DNA of 64,000 nt from Cenococcum geophilum (Eukaryota): assembly GCA_050273025.1 (NCBI GenBank), contig CP158635.1:28334001-28398000 (forward strand), written 5' to 3'. Every line of letters begins with the position of its first letter. Position 1 is the first letter of the stretch. A program made the position numbers and the translations under genes. Shown in pieces: positions 39,901-51,400 of the stretch. The notes under the pieces were generated by a model. The model was not told the DNA's origin. It did no database searches and saw nothing but the letters and a program-made list of their open reading frames with translations.

Positions 39901-41382
39901 TATCGCCTTGAAGAGTTACACTTTCCCAATATCACTCAAGCCAACAGGTTCTTACATAGAGACATTCCATTCCAAACGCTAGTTCTCGAACTAAGGCTTT
40001 TAGTCTTACCAGCGTCGCTAAGGGAAGTGTATAGAGTTCACTCCGAAATGTTTAATTCACATTTCATCTGTGAATGACACGTCATTCATGAACAAAACTA
40101 AGGCATTCATCGAAGATTACACCGCATTCGAGTGGGATTGGTGGCCTCTGACGTCCCGAATACCTGACTTGCCACCGGGTAGATTGCGCCTTCAGTGGAA
40201 AGTGAGTAATTCTTCGGCTACAAACACGGCGTTATACAACATTCTGACTAATTATAGTTCTGCGGACAGCATCTTTACAAAGAGATATCACCGGAAGACG
40301 CCGATTCTATACAGCAGGTCTTGGGATTAATTAGAGACCACCCATTGAAATGTTTCTGTTGCGAGACAGAGGTACATCGGATCGATTGGACCACTATTTT
40401 TTATCGCATATGTCAATCAATCGCAAACACGCTAAATTGGGGAGCCCTGGGCTCTTCATTGGTTACTCAAAAGTCGCCGTCAAAAGCCCAGCAGCTCTAC
40501 ATTCCAGCGACTGCTAGTGCGTCAATCCCTACGCATAGTTCAACACAGACAAGACCATCGATCTCTCCCGGCAGTAACGGAGGTAGCGCCACGCAGGCAC
40601 ACGGTGGTGGTCCAAGCACCATTCCCACAGCCCCGCAAGGGGATCCTTTATGGGTAGTCTTCGGTATTAAATATATGCACGAGTTTGATGATATTGAGAA
40701 CATTGAAACGTCAAGTCTGCTCAACGATCCGTCATTCTTCAAAGAATTGAAGACGAGATACAACAAGTACCATTGGTTTTTCCAACGGTGGTTTTCTCCC
40801 TTCCGCTTTCGGCATTGCAATTTTGTTCAAGTAAGTATTATATTCAATATGGAAGGTTCCTGAAACTAACTACCGTAGTTCGAAATAATCAACGTTGACC
40901 AAGTTTACTGCAGTGGAGAAGCTCTACCGGACGACCATGGCCATACCACTCATTATGAGTATGATCCTCGGCCTCCACGGGCCAAAAATCCACTCATTAA
41001 CCAAAAGCTCTTCTCTATCTGTCTTAAGGCATGCGACCCTGATTGCTCTTGGTCTTTGCTACCATCCTTTCTACATAAGTGCCGCCCTCTCCCCCATAAT
41101 TCCCACAAATGGAAACGCATCCCAAGGAAAAAGAGCGCATTTAACATAAGCTGGAGTCAACCTGGAGAAGTTGCGTTTGGAATTGAAGCAGATTACGCGC
41201 TGTCTTTTGCAATACTCTTCATTTATCATGTTGTTTTCATATTTTCGGCGTTAGGCTTCTGGGTTTACTGGCTAAGGAATCATCCAGATGATTTACAGAA
41301 TGCTTCTGTCCCAACTTTCACTGTTTTGGGCCTTCTTGGGGCGTTTTGGGGGCTCCTTGGGCGGCGAATTGGTGTTTCTTGA
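36916..41382 (+). pseudogene. NLR-like HET-NACHT gene fused to an unrelated C-terminal region with two predicted TM helices (~1450 aa if repaired); RIP-inactivated
   Basis: HET motifs YAILSHTWG, FWVDTCCIDK, WFTRGWTLQELIAP; NACHT Walker A GKPGTGK(L)T and Walker B CFIDALD(K)C. In-frame stops at 37288, 37525, 37990 and 38017 are consistent with CAA/CAG to TAA/TAG. There is a +1 frameshift near 40030. GT-AG introns at 40202-40257 and 40831-40878, with CTGAC/CTAAC branch sites, join the downstream ORFs in frame to the TGA at 41380-41382. Confidence 0.88.
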
Positions 41383-41689
41383 GTCCCCCTCTGCATATAT
41401 GATCAGGACGATACAGGGCATATGACCAATTATGGCTAGTGCTTGACAAGTGGAGTGATATGCTATCTGAATGATTCCAGAAATATATGGTGTTCCTTCA
41501 AGGTCAAGCAAGTTTCTACCAAATCAATCAGCACAAATTTCGTATACTACTAGCAAGAGGTCTCAACTTTTATTAGGCCGGGCGTGACGACTTGCGAGAG
41601 ATTTATTCTATGCTTAAACTGTCCATCGGATACGGAGAAGTGATTATAACATAGACTTCATTTAATAACGCTTACTGACTTGTTCATAT

Positions 41690-42150
41690 AGTGTTATCTT
41701 TCTGGGAGATGTGAAGTCTCTTGGATAATCTACCAAAATTCCACCTTGAAAGTGATCCCACGCTACCGATTACAGAAGAGGTCGTCACAGCGACTGTATG
41801 CAATCCGGGAGCAAAGAAGCAGCCGGGTTCTGCGATAGAAATCTTCCGGTCATGACGGAACTCAAAGAAGACATCGTACGGAACTTGAAGGTCACAAAAT
41901 CTATGTTGAAAAACAAAGCTATCCCATGCGCCGTTGAGGCGCTTCCACGATTCGTGGCCCGTGCGCGAACACCAAAACATCAAAAATCTTAGACGATTTA
42001 GTTGGGTTGCTTATTATAGCGCCTATATCAACGGCGCATGGGGTAAGGGCGAAGCAGAGATTGTTGTTTCCTTGACAATGAAGGTGACCTTAAGTAGTAC
42101 GCAGATTTGGAGAATATTCTATTCTAGGTCTAGAGCGACAAGCTTAGACT
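41690..42150 (+). pseudogene. Degenerate gene fragment with similarity to fungal NLR C-terminal ITEEVV..A..N repeats
   Basis: Reading LPITEEVVTATVCNPG at ~41763-41810, preceded by a branch-site/acceptor-like ACTGAC...TAG; no continuous ORF. Confidence 0.3.
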
Positions 42151-42604
42151 GAAATTACTGCAAATGCGGAACGGTCGGGCTGGGCAAGCATGCTTACAAG
42201 TGATACGTAACGGTAATCAAAGCTTACCTCAGCGAGCTCAGACGCGATTTTTTAGCTAGCATCGGAATAACCTACGCCGTCTTCCGAATTGCAAAATCAC
42301 GTCTGAGAGGGTTTAGCGAGATTTGTTAAAATCCTAAGCAAAATCCGTAAAATAGAGATTACGGATATCTAATTTATTTATTCACACAACGCGTTATTAT
42401 TAAACCCCGTAGTTACTTTTTTTTTAAGACTTAGGGCTTCTAAATGGTATAAATTTTATTATACGACTACCACTTAGTCCTAATATTAATTTCGTTAAAG
42501 TTAAAAAACGCGTTGTTAAAAGCCTAAGCATATATTATATCTTATTAAATAGTCTACTAATATAGATAAAACTATATAGATATATAGATATCTACTACTC
42601 AAAG

Positions 42605-43630
42605 GAGCTTCGTGCAGAGCTTCGTGCAGAGCTTCATGCAGAGCTTTAAGCAGAGCTTCAAGCAGAGCTTCAAGCAGAGCTTCAAGTAGAGCTTTTACAG
42701 AGCTTCGTGCGGAGCTTCGTGCAGAGCTTAATGCAGATCTTTGTACAGAGTTTCGTGCAGAGCTTCGTGCAGAGCTTCGTGCAGAGCTTCGTGCAGAGCT
42801 TCGTGCAGAGCTTCGTGCAGAGCTTCGTGCAGAGCTTCGTGCAGAGCTTCGTGCAGAGCTTCGTGCAGAGCTTCGTGCAGAGCTTCATGCAGAGCCACGT
42901 GCAGGCGTGCAGACGTGTAGATGTGCAGACGTGCAGACGTTCGTACGGGCGATCAATTGCAGAGACGTTTGTAGAGACGATTGTATGGGCAATTGATCGA
43001 TTGATTGTATGGGCGTTTATACGGGCGTTTGTACGGGCGTTTATACGGGCGATTATAGAACCTTCCTGGTATATTAGTGCTGCGTATTAATAGAGCTTTG
43101 GAGCTCTATATAGGTAAAGAAAAGAGACTATATATATATGAGGTAGGTGGCGAAACGCTGATAACGATGTTGACGATAGAGCTGACGACTACGACTTGTA
43201 ATTGCCACTGTCGACAACGCCACTCAGTCAGTATTTGGTAATGGGAATCGATAATAGGGCTTCGAGTAGAGCTTCGAGCAGAGCTTCGAGCGGAGCTTCG
43301 AGCAGAGCTTCGAGCAGAGCTTCGAGCAGAGCTTCGAGCAGAGCTTCGAGCAGAGCTTCGAGCAGAGCTTCGAGCAGAGCTTCGAGCAGAGCTTCGAGCA
43401 GAGCTTCGAGCAGAGCTTCGTGCGGAGATTCGAGCAGAGCTTCGTGCGGAGCTTCGAGCAGAGCTTCGTGCGGAGCTTTGAGCGGAGCTTCGTGTGGAGC
43501 TTTGAGCGGAGCTTCGTGCGGAGCTTCGTGCAGAGCTTTTGCAGAGCTTCGGTAGAGCTCCGTGCAGAGCTCTGTGCAGGTCTCCCCCTAAGCTTCGTTC
43601 CGCAGAGCTCTCGCAAAGCTCCACAGCTCT
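42605..43630 (+). repeat. Two 12-bp tandem arrays (GCAGAGCTTCGT)n at ~42605-42895 and (GCAGAGCTTCGA)n at ~43257-43630
   Basis: Directly visible; they generate the spurious KLCT/SSAR/VQSF ORFs in the track. Confidence 0.95.
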
Positions 43631-43877
43631 ACGTAGAAGGCTGCCGGCGTAGGCGTAAGCGTTCAGCGTTGGTGTTTACTGCGCGGCTCGGCGGTGCAGA
43701 GGTAGAATTGGGGCCTCTACGGCGACGACTTCCTCTTACCATCGCGCGGGTATAAGGAGCTGAGGATCTCATAGCTTTATAGAGTAGGCTTTTCTCTATA
43801 ATTTAGTGTAATTTTATATCAATAAGTATTGTGGGAGGGTAGATCAATTTCGTCAAAGTTAATGAGGTCTTCTCATA

Positions 43878-46800
43878 GAGGTGCCGACGGTCTCGTGCAC
43901 GCTACGGGCTCGTGCACGATTTGATCACGCATTATCACCAACTTTAAAAACTCACAGCTCCACCAAATATTTATAGATTTCTACTAAATTAAAATCTAAG
44001 AGCCTTTTGGTGTTATGCTTTTATTCTATCGTGATTACAGAGTCGCCGTGCCATTTGGGGGGGTTGTGCATTCGTTAAGGCTGGCTGGAGGCCGGCTTTA
44101 TAATCCTATCCTCCACCTTATACTCCTCCTCAATAAAAGCCTCCTTTAGAATAGTAAATACAACCTACTTAATTTTCTGCATTTTCTGCATTAATCTTCA
44201 CTCTACTTTAAGCTGTAGAAGTACCTATAGGCTTAGGAATGCTACTACCTTAGGTATACTATCCTTACCCTAATAAAACCTAACTATACAATAATACCCT
44301 AATAGATTTAGCTGAAAATTAGATATATTTTACTTTAATATATTAAAATTAAATAAAAGTGAATTTTATTATAAAATATAAACTATTAATAAAGTTATAA
44401 GCCTTATTAAAAAGTATTTAAATATAGATTAACCTTAGATTTATAGCTTAATTTATAATATTATTTATTTAAAACTTTAATATATAAATATTATAAACTT
44501 ATATGTTAATATAATATATTTTAGTATAGTAATAAATAGCTATATTTTATATATTTTAATATTTTAATTTATACTAATAAAATTAAAATAGTAAAGTATT
44601 AGAAATATAGTAAATATATTATATATTAGTATTTATAATATTAGCTAAGCATATTTAGACACTATAGCAAATATTAAATTTATATAAAAGTATACTAAAT
44701 TACTAATTAATTATATATATTATAGTATAATAATATAAAATATAAAAATATAAGTATATAATATATATATAGCTCTATAAACTATACTATATAGTATATA
44801 TCGGGATTATATTACGTATAGTTATATAGTTACATGTCGCCGCGGCACTAGCGTAGCGAGGAGCCTTAAGCTCCTTGCCCTTCCTCACCCCTTTCTTAGA
44901 ATTAAACGAATAGAACAATTATTATACTATCTACAAACCGTAGCTACGTAATATCCCCTTATATAACCAACACTAATTAGTGGTTAACTTCACTGTTATA
45001 CTATAGAACAGCAAGGTTTCTACTAAAAAGAGATAAGCCACTATACCAGTGCTACTCGTGCTAGAGGAAGCTGTCTTTTAAGGTCAGAACTAGTCCTAAA
45101 CCTTAAATAGAACTCTTTCACGAATCTAAGGATCTAAAGGCCAGAACTGGTCCTAAGCCTTTCTAAGATTATAAATTCTTGTGTTTATTACGCAGAATAA
45201 TACGCTTTATAAGTCTTCGCAATTTAAGGCTAGAACTAGTCCTAAGCCCTATAATCGCAAATATACGTCTAAACGCGTACTAAACAACAAACGCGTACCA
45301 AACGGCAAATATACATCACGAACGCGTACCAAACGACAATCCCTACACCAACAACACTTCCCTTCCTCTAAAAGCATGGCTACGCCAAACAACTAGAAAG
45401 ACTCCTTACCACTAGGGGTAGCTATATATACAAAACTTATCGACGAAAATTGGGACGAATTTACCATTAATATAATAACTTATACCGTAAAACAAGTTAA
45501 TAGCTTTCTCCTATATTATATTATATTCTACCGAAATAAATACTAGGCCGATTTATAGTTATAGGAGTATTTTAGGGAAGATTTTATGGGATGGACCGCC
45601 GACACCTGAGCACTTAGTAACGCCAGTATTATTCGGGATTTTTAAGACTTCCTTTATAGGAATGGGGTATACGTTACCGAGAACGGTAACTTAATTGCTA
45701 GCAATATTTAGGCCGTTATTATTAGTATAGAAGAACCAGTATAGACGGAAGCTAAGATTATACGTTAACTATAGAAGCCAAGAACCAACCGATATTCTTT
45801 AGAAGGTAACTTTAATTCGTATTAAAACCCCCAAAACGCTAATCTCCCACTTAGTCCTCCTTCTACCCAGCAGCAACATCCGCAGCAATATCCGCAAGAA
45901 CTTCTAGAAGAACCTCCACAAGAACCTCCACAGACAACCTCAGGGCATCAAACACCTTAAGTTCCTCAAGCTGCCGTATCTCAACCCATGCCTTAAGCTC
46001 CGCAACAAGCTCCGAAGCAACCTCTACCGCAAGAACCTCCGCAAGAACCTCCGCAAGAACCTCCGCAGCAACCTCCGCAGCAATCTCCGCAGCAATCTCC
46101 GCAGTAACCTCCGTAACAACCTCCGCAGGAACCTCCGCAGCGACCGCAGCAGCCACACATATATACACCACCTGAACCGGCCGTGATTAGTACGGAGCAA
46201 GGACCTAGGCAAGGATCTAAATATAGCAAGGAGGTGGCTATAATTGCAAAGATCTATATAGACAATAAGTTATTTATAGCTTACTAGGGAATTCCTACCT
46301 ATAGAATTGCCGTCTTAAATTCTGGAGAAAACTTGTCTCAGTTAATTAACAAGTTATAGCCCTTAATTACTACACGGGAGAAGGAATACCCCAGTTAAAG
46401 AGTATATACTACCTTCTTTACGAATTACCGCTACTACAATTAAGATTAAGGCCAAAACTACTACCGAAACTTTAGCCGCAATTAAGCACCCTGCGGATAA
46501 TATAATAAAGGGGTAGGTTAAACAAACGGACTTACCCGACGCTCGCACCATACTACTACCTAAATAACAACTACCGCGCCGATACGCCTGCGATCTACTA
46601 ACTAACCAATAGACGAGCTCTACGTTCAACCACTATCACCACCCGACGCTCGCACCGTACTGCTACCTAAATCTAACAACTATCGCGTCTGTACGCCTGC
46701 GACCTACTAACAAGAATAATCGTGCCTATACGCCTACGATTAACCGACCAACTGGTAGACAAGCTCTATACTTAACCACTATTATTACTGTCGCTGGTAC

Positions 46801-48193
46801 CGTACTACCACCTGGACAGACCGCTGCCATACTTGTAGCTGATTCTAATTTAACCGTTGCTGCTCTGCCCGCAGCTTACCAATATTTTACTGCTCCTACC
46901 TACAGCCAATCTTCGACCTTTGCTGCTTTGCCTATAGCTAAACCAATACCTTACTGCCTTTCTACAGCGCCATAAGCATAAAGAAGAATTGCTAGAAGCT
47001 TCTTATAGAGCTTAGTAAGGTAGATAACGGTTCTAGGGCACGCTACCTGCGACGTTCTGCAGACCCTAACTTTAACCAGCCAATTAGGATTTTCCATCCC
47101 CGGGATAGAAAATCGCTATTAGCTCGCTTACCACTAGCGCCTTAGCGGCCTTCGTAAGATATCTACCTACTACTTCCAAACGATTCTTTCTCCTTTCTCT
47201 TCTTCTCCTTAGTTTAGTATTTTCACTAAATGGTAATCTATAAGCTTTGGTTTAAAGGTATTTATACAAGCCGCTATAGGAGGCAAATTTTAGGACAGCG
47301 AGACTTATATTATAACGGCAATAGTAAGTAAGGAGGATTAATACTTATTACGCTAGTCAAGCGGTATTTCATATATAGATGGCAACCATAAAAGAAGAGT
47401 TACCAGTGTCGGGATTATATTATGTGTGGTTATATAGTCACGTGTTACCGCGGCACTAGCGTAGCGAGGAGCCTTAAGCTCCTCGCCCTTCCTCACCCCT
47501 TTCTTAGAATTAAACGAACAGAACAATTATCATACTATCTACGAACCGTAGCTACGTGATATCCCCTTGTGTAACTAACAGTATAATTATATATAAAGCT
47601 TAATTTTATTTAAAAAAAACTTTAAATTATTTTATTATATTACCTTACTATAAATATAAAAGAATAAAGTAAATAAAGTAGATTTTTTAAAGGTATTTAT
47701 ATAATATAATATAAATACCCTTATAAAAACATTTAATACTACTTTAATACAGTATATAGTATATATACATTAGCTTTTATACTTTAGAAATCTATATTAA
47801 TTAATATATTAAGCTATTATAAAAATAACTTAAAACTCTTCTTATTTGAACTTCTTTTTCTTAACTATTTAGATATATTATAACTATTACTTTATATATT
47901 ATAGGTAGTAGTATATATAAAGACTATTATACTAAAGATTTAGCTTACTAAATAGTTAATATATCTAACTATCTTATATTAAAAGGGTTTTAAATTTTAT
48001 AATTTAAATACTAATAACTTTCTTTAAAGTTAATAAATTCTTATAAAATTTTAAAAATAGGCTCTTAGTATATATACTAATAATATACTAAAATTTTAGC
48101 TAAATCTATTGAGGCGTTGTTGTGCGGTTAGGTTTTGTTAGGGTAAGAATATCGTGTATAAGCCTGTAGCGTGTACGAGCCCGTTGGCACCTC
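43878..48193. mobile_element. RIP-degraded TIR DNA transposon relic with TA flanks (Tc1/mariner-pogo-like), interrupted by an LTR element
   Basis: GAGGTGCCGACGGTCTCGTGCACGCTACGGGCTCGTGCACGAT (43878-43920) is inverted to 48151-48193; TA on both sides; extremely AT-rich interior. Confidence 0.65.
44799..47580 (+). mobile_element. 2.8-kb non-autonomous LTR element (Copia-like gag relic, no pol); LTRs 44799-44972 and 47407-47580 (174 bp)
   Basis: T(G/A)TCGGGATT...AACA LTRs; TSD GTATA on both sides; purine tract before the 3' LTR. Gag-like reading from ~45376 (MATPNN...L.EYFREDFMGWTADT) followed by 12-bp CCTCCGCAAGAA (PPQE) repeats at ~45870-46150. Confidence 0.85.
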
Positions 48194-48460
48194 TATAAAC
48201 GGTGTTTAGGTTTTCTATAAATCTCGCTAAAGTTCTTTAGACTAAGAAAACGATGACCGTCCTAAATCAGCTTAGTGGACGGTGCGGATATTCTAATATC
48301 CGTAATCGATTTCTTGGTCTAAGCTTCTGAGGTAAAATCAAAGCGATTTGGCGCTAGATGTCGCCACTATAAATAGGGAGGGCGGCCGACCCGTACCGGC
48401 CACACCCTTGTTGAGATGGCGGGCCCCTATAGTTAAGGAGGTACGCCTGAGTCGCCTAAA

Positions 48461-51400
48461 CTTTTGAAAGAGGAGGATATTTATCTCGGACATTCTTTTA
48501 ATCGAATCCTGGTCTTTTGTTTAGCTAGTTCCCGCTATAAGGCGGCCCCTACGGCTTACTAAATAAAGCCCCGGAGCCCCAATAGCTGCATTGACCCCTA
48601 AACGCGTATTAGTAACACCACCTTTAGAACCGCTAGTAGCTTCACTAAAACGTATAAAGAAACCGAGCGCGAAGGTGTAAGAGGCCTAGCAGTCGCTGAG
48701 GACACGATCCTAAAAATTAGTATAGTTTAAATAGTAGACAACCGCACTATAAACCGGACTATAAGCTACATAGTATATACTACCCCTATTCCCTATAGCA
48801 AGAGCCTCTACTTTACCCGAACGTAAAGGAGGAGGTATTAATTATAACGAATTTTATTAACTTATTAAAAGCCTTAAAGAAACTATAGCATAGTAGAGTA
48901 ATATTATTACAAACCAGAATAGTATTATTAAGAGTATTAGAAACGACCTAGTAGATATTAAATCGGAATAGTAAAGCCTTAAAAAGCAAAATGCTAAACT
49001 TTAAAAGGCTATTTGGTCCTTACAAGCGCAACTAAACACTTTCTTAGCTCTAACATAATTATAGGCATTAGTAGCGGCTAGTGAAGGCATAGTAGGGGTA
49101 GAGGTAACTTAGCTATAAATGACGAACGCTAGGAACTCTAAAGAACCCAATTAGCAGCTAGTGATAGACGTTAGCTAAGCGGGTAAGGAGATAATAAAGA
49201 AGGTAGCTACTACTAAAGTAGTAAAGTAAACTATTGTATAAGGTATAAAGGATGTGGACAGGCTTACGGGAGCTATACTTAAGGACTTCCGCGTATAGCG
49301 AATAAGAGATAGCGTAAGCATTATTAGATTCTTAGTAGAAAAAGATAAAGAAGCTATGTTTAGGTAGACGACTGCCTAATAGCTTAAACCGTATATCTTT
49401 AGGGCGAGGCTTGTTGGACCTAAGTGGTATACGGTTAAGGCGGACTAGGTTAAAGTACCTTTAGTAATGGATATTAATAGCGGAAAAGTAAGTAAGTTAG
49501 CTATGGAGCGCTTTGGGGTAGAGAATGGGGTAGAGGTATATATAATGAGATGGCTTAGATAACTAAGGCCGCGCGGCTAGCATGCGTTAGTAATTGTTAA
49601 AGTGGCAACAAAAGAGGATGTAAAGAAGCTGCTCACGTCGGACAACGTGTTATTTGGGGGAGGTGCGATTATTATATCGCTATTTAAGAAACGACGCACC
49701 TCTATAGCATGCTATAAATGTAGAAGGTTTGGATATAGGGCTAGAGACTATACGCGACTTAATACGTGCGAAATGTGTAGGCGGGAAGGCCATCTTTAGT
49801 ATAAGACGGTTAATCTACACTGCGTAAACTATTAGGGTCCTTATTAAGCCTTATACTATAAATGCCTAGCATACAGGAAAGAAATGGATAGGATTCTTGT
49901 ATGATAGCGTTATAAATAAAGAACTTTAGATTTTTTAGGCGAATATAAAGAAGTATAGGGAAGCGCAGTATGCGCTATATAACGATAAAGCGCTAGCGGA
50001 TTTCTACTTTATTCTAGGCTAGGAGCCTTACTGCTTTCTCTTAAATGGGGAAGTGGTGCTAGCCGGCTTAAACCCCCAGTGGATAAGGTTTGTCCCAATG
50101 GGCAGGTAGCAGCGGTATCCCTTAGTTAGGTTATGTATCTAGGCGTCTAAAGAGCTGGCAGCTACACAGCTGTAGGTAGATTTAGCAGATATTACGGTAG
50201 TGGTGGCGTACGTCGGCTAAAGGAGACTTATAATTATGTCGGTATACATTCTAGATAGATATTTAAGGAGAACCAAGGAAGAGAACCTAGAGGAGCTCTT
50301 TAGCAGGCTAAAGATGATTAATGGTCTAATCTAGGGTAAACTATTGCGCGACCTATATACTAAGGTAGTGATTACAGGCGACTTTAATCGGCATAATCCG
50401 CTATAGGAAGGAAGTTATATTAATACCATATTAACGCAGAAAGAAAGCGCGCCAATTATTAACTTTATGGTAGACCGGTTACTCTAGAGCCTACTTTTAG
50501 TAAGAGTATTTACATTCGAGAGTAACATGGGGCGGACATTAATAATTAACCTTATACTTGTAACCCTGGGCCTAGTAAGTAAACTAGCAAAGTGCGCTAT
50601 TTAGGAATATAAGTACGGGTTAGATTATAGAGCTATCTACACTAGTTTTTAGGTTGACATAGATACGTAGAAGAGCTAGGAGAGGCTGCTTATTAAGAAT
50701 GCGAACTAGGATAAGATTTAAGAAGACGTGGAGCGATAGAAAGAGATGGGATTCCCTACAGAAGATATGGACGAAATAGTTGACTACCTTAATAGGTAGG
50801 TTAACAAAGCCTTTAAAGTATACTGCTAGCGGGCTAAGCCATTACTATATATAAAAAGATGGTAGAACGAAGACCTTATAACGCTAAGGAAGTCATATAT
50901 ATACTAAAGGAACAGGAATAGTGCGATGCGGAGATAAGGAAGGGACGACCCTAAACTACGTGATGTCGTAGTAAGAGCGAAGAAGCTCTTTTATAGAACT
51001 ATTCGGCGATATAGAAAGCTTCACTAGGACGAATTCCTCGGTAATAGTAATAATATATAGAAAGCGTCGAAATACCTTAATCCGCAGGCTATATCCGCGT
51101 TCGCTAAAATACCGCCAATTAAGAAGGCTGGAGGATAGGGAGAGGTCATTACGGAGAACTATAATATTGTAAGAGAACTACTCTAGGCATTCTTTTTGGT
51201 CCCGCTGCCGTGCGAATAAGAGGAGGACGCTATAGCTAGCTACAACTAATTGCCGTAGGAGCCTATCGCTAAATACGAGGTTAAAGTAGCTGTGTTTAGG
51301 GCTAGCCTAGACAAGGCTCCTAGAAGGGACGGCCTACTAGCTAGGGTATGGCGAGAGTTATAGCCCGTACTAAGCGGTAAGATTACTACTCTTTTTACTA

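Larger units (their letters stand above)
35564..43864. mobile_element. Putative 8.3-kb non-autonomous TIR/foldback-type DNA element carrying a cargo gene
   Basis: CATTAACTTTGACGAAATTAAT (35564-35585) is the inverted repeat of ATCAATTTCGTCAAAGTTAATG (43843-43864), with 1 mismatch. Tandem arrays and internal motifs are in inverted orientation in the two arms. No TSD or transposase was recognised. Confidence 0.65.

Noticed and set aside
37812..41511. Short overlapping and antisense ORFs across the HET-NACHT gene
   Set aside because: Shadow frames of the main gene, or pieces of it separated by introns and lesions.
42682..43755. ORFs with KLCT, VQSF, SSAR and SSRA repeats (also 35547-36014)
   Set aside because: Stop-free by-products of 11/12-bp tandem arrays, open in several frames on both strands; no evidence of real genes.
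35564..43864. Starship element
   Set aside because: No tyrosine recombinase (captain) gene or recognisable direct-repeat target; small size and near-perfect TIRs.
44266..44302. Telomere-like CCCTAA/CCTAAC motifs (also TTAGG/TTAGGG near 48128-48143)
   Set aside because: Isolated hexamers inside a transposon end, not a tandem array.
45863..46229. Cys/Gly-rich 'metallothionein-like' and Arg/Leu-rich minus-strand ORFs
   Set aside because: Antisense readings of the CCTCCGCAAGAA repeat inside the LTR element's gag region.
48410..48520. HDV-like or hammerhead ribozyme at the LINE 5' end (GAGATGG could pair with TTATCTC-GG)
   Set aside because: No P3/L3 with CC for the P1.1 pseudoknot and no CTGATGA core could be found by eye. 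A covariance search on a de-RIPed consensus would be needed.
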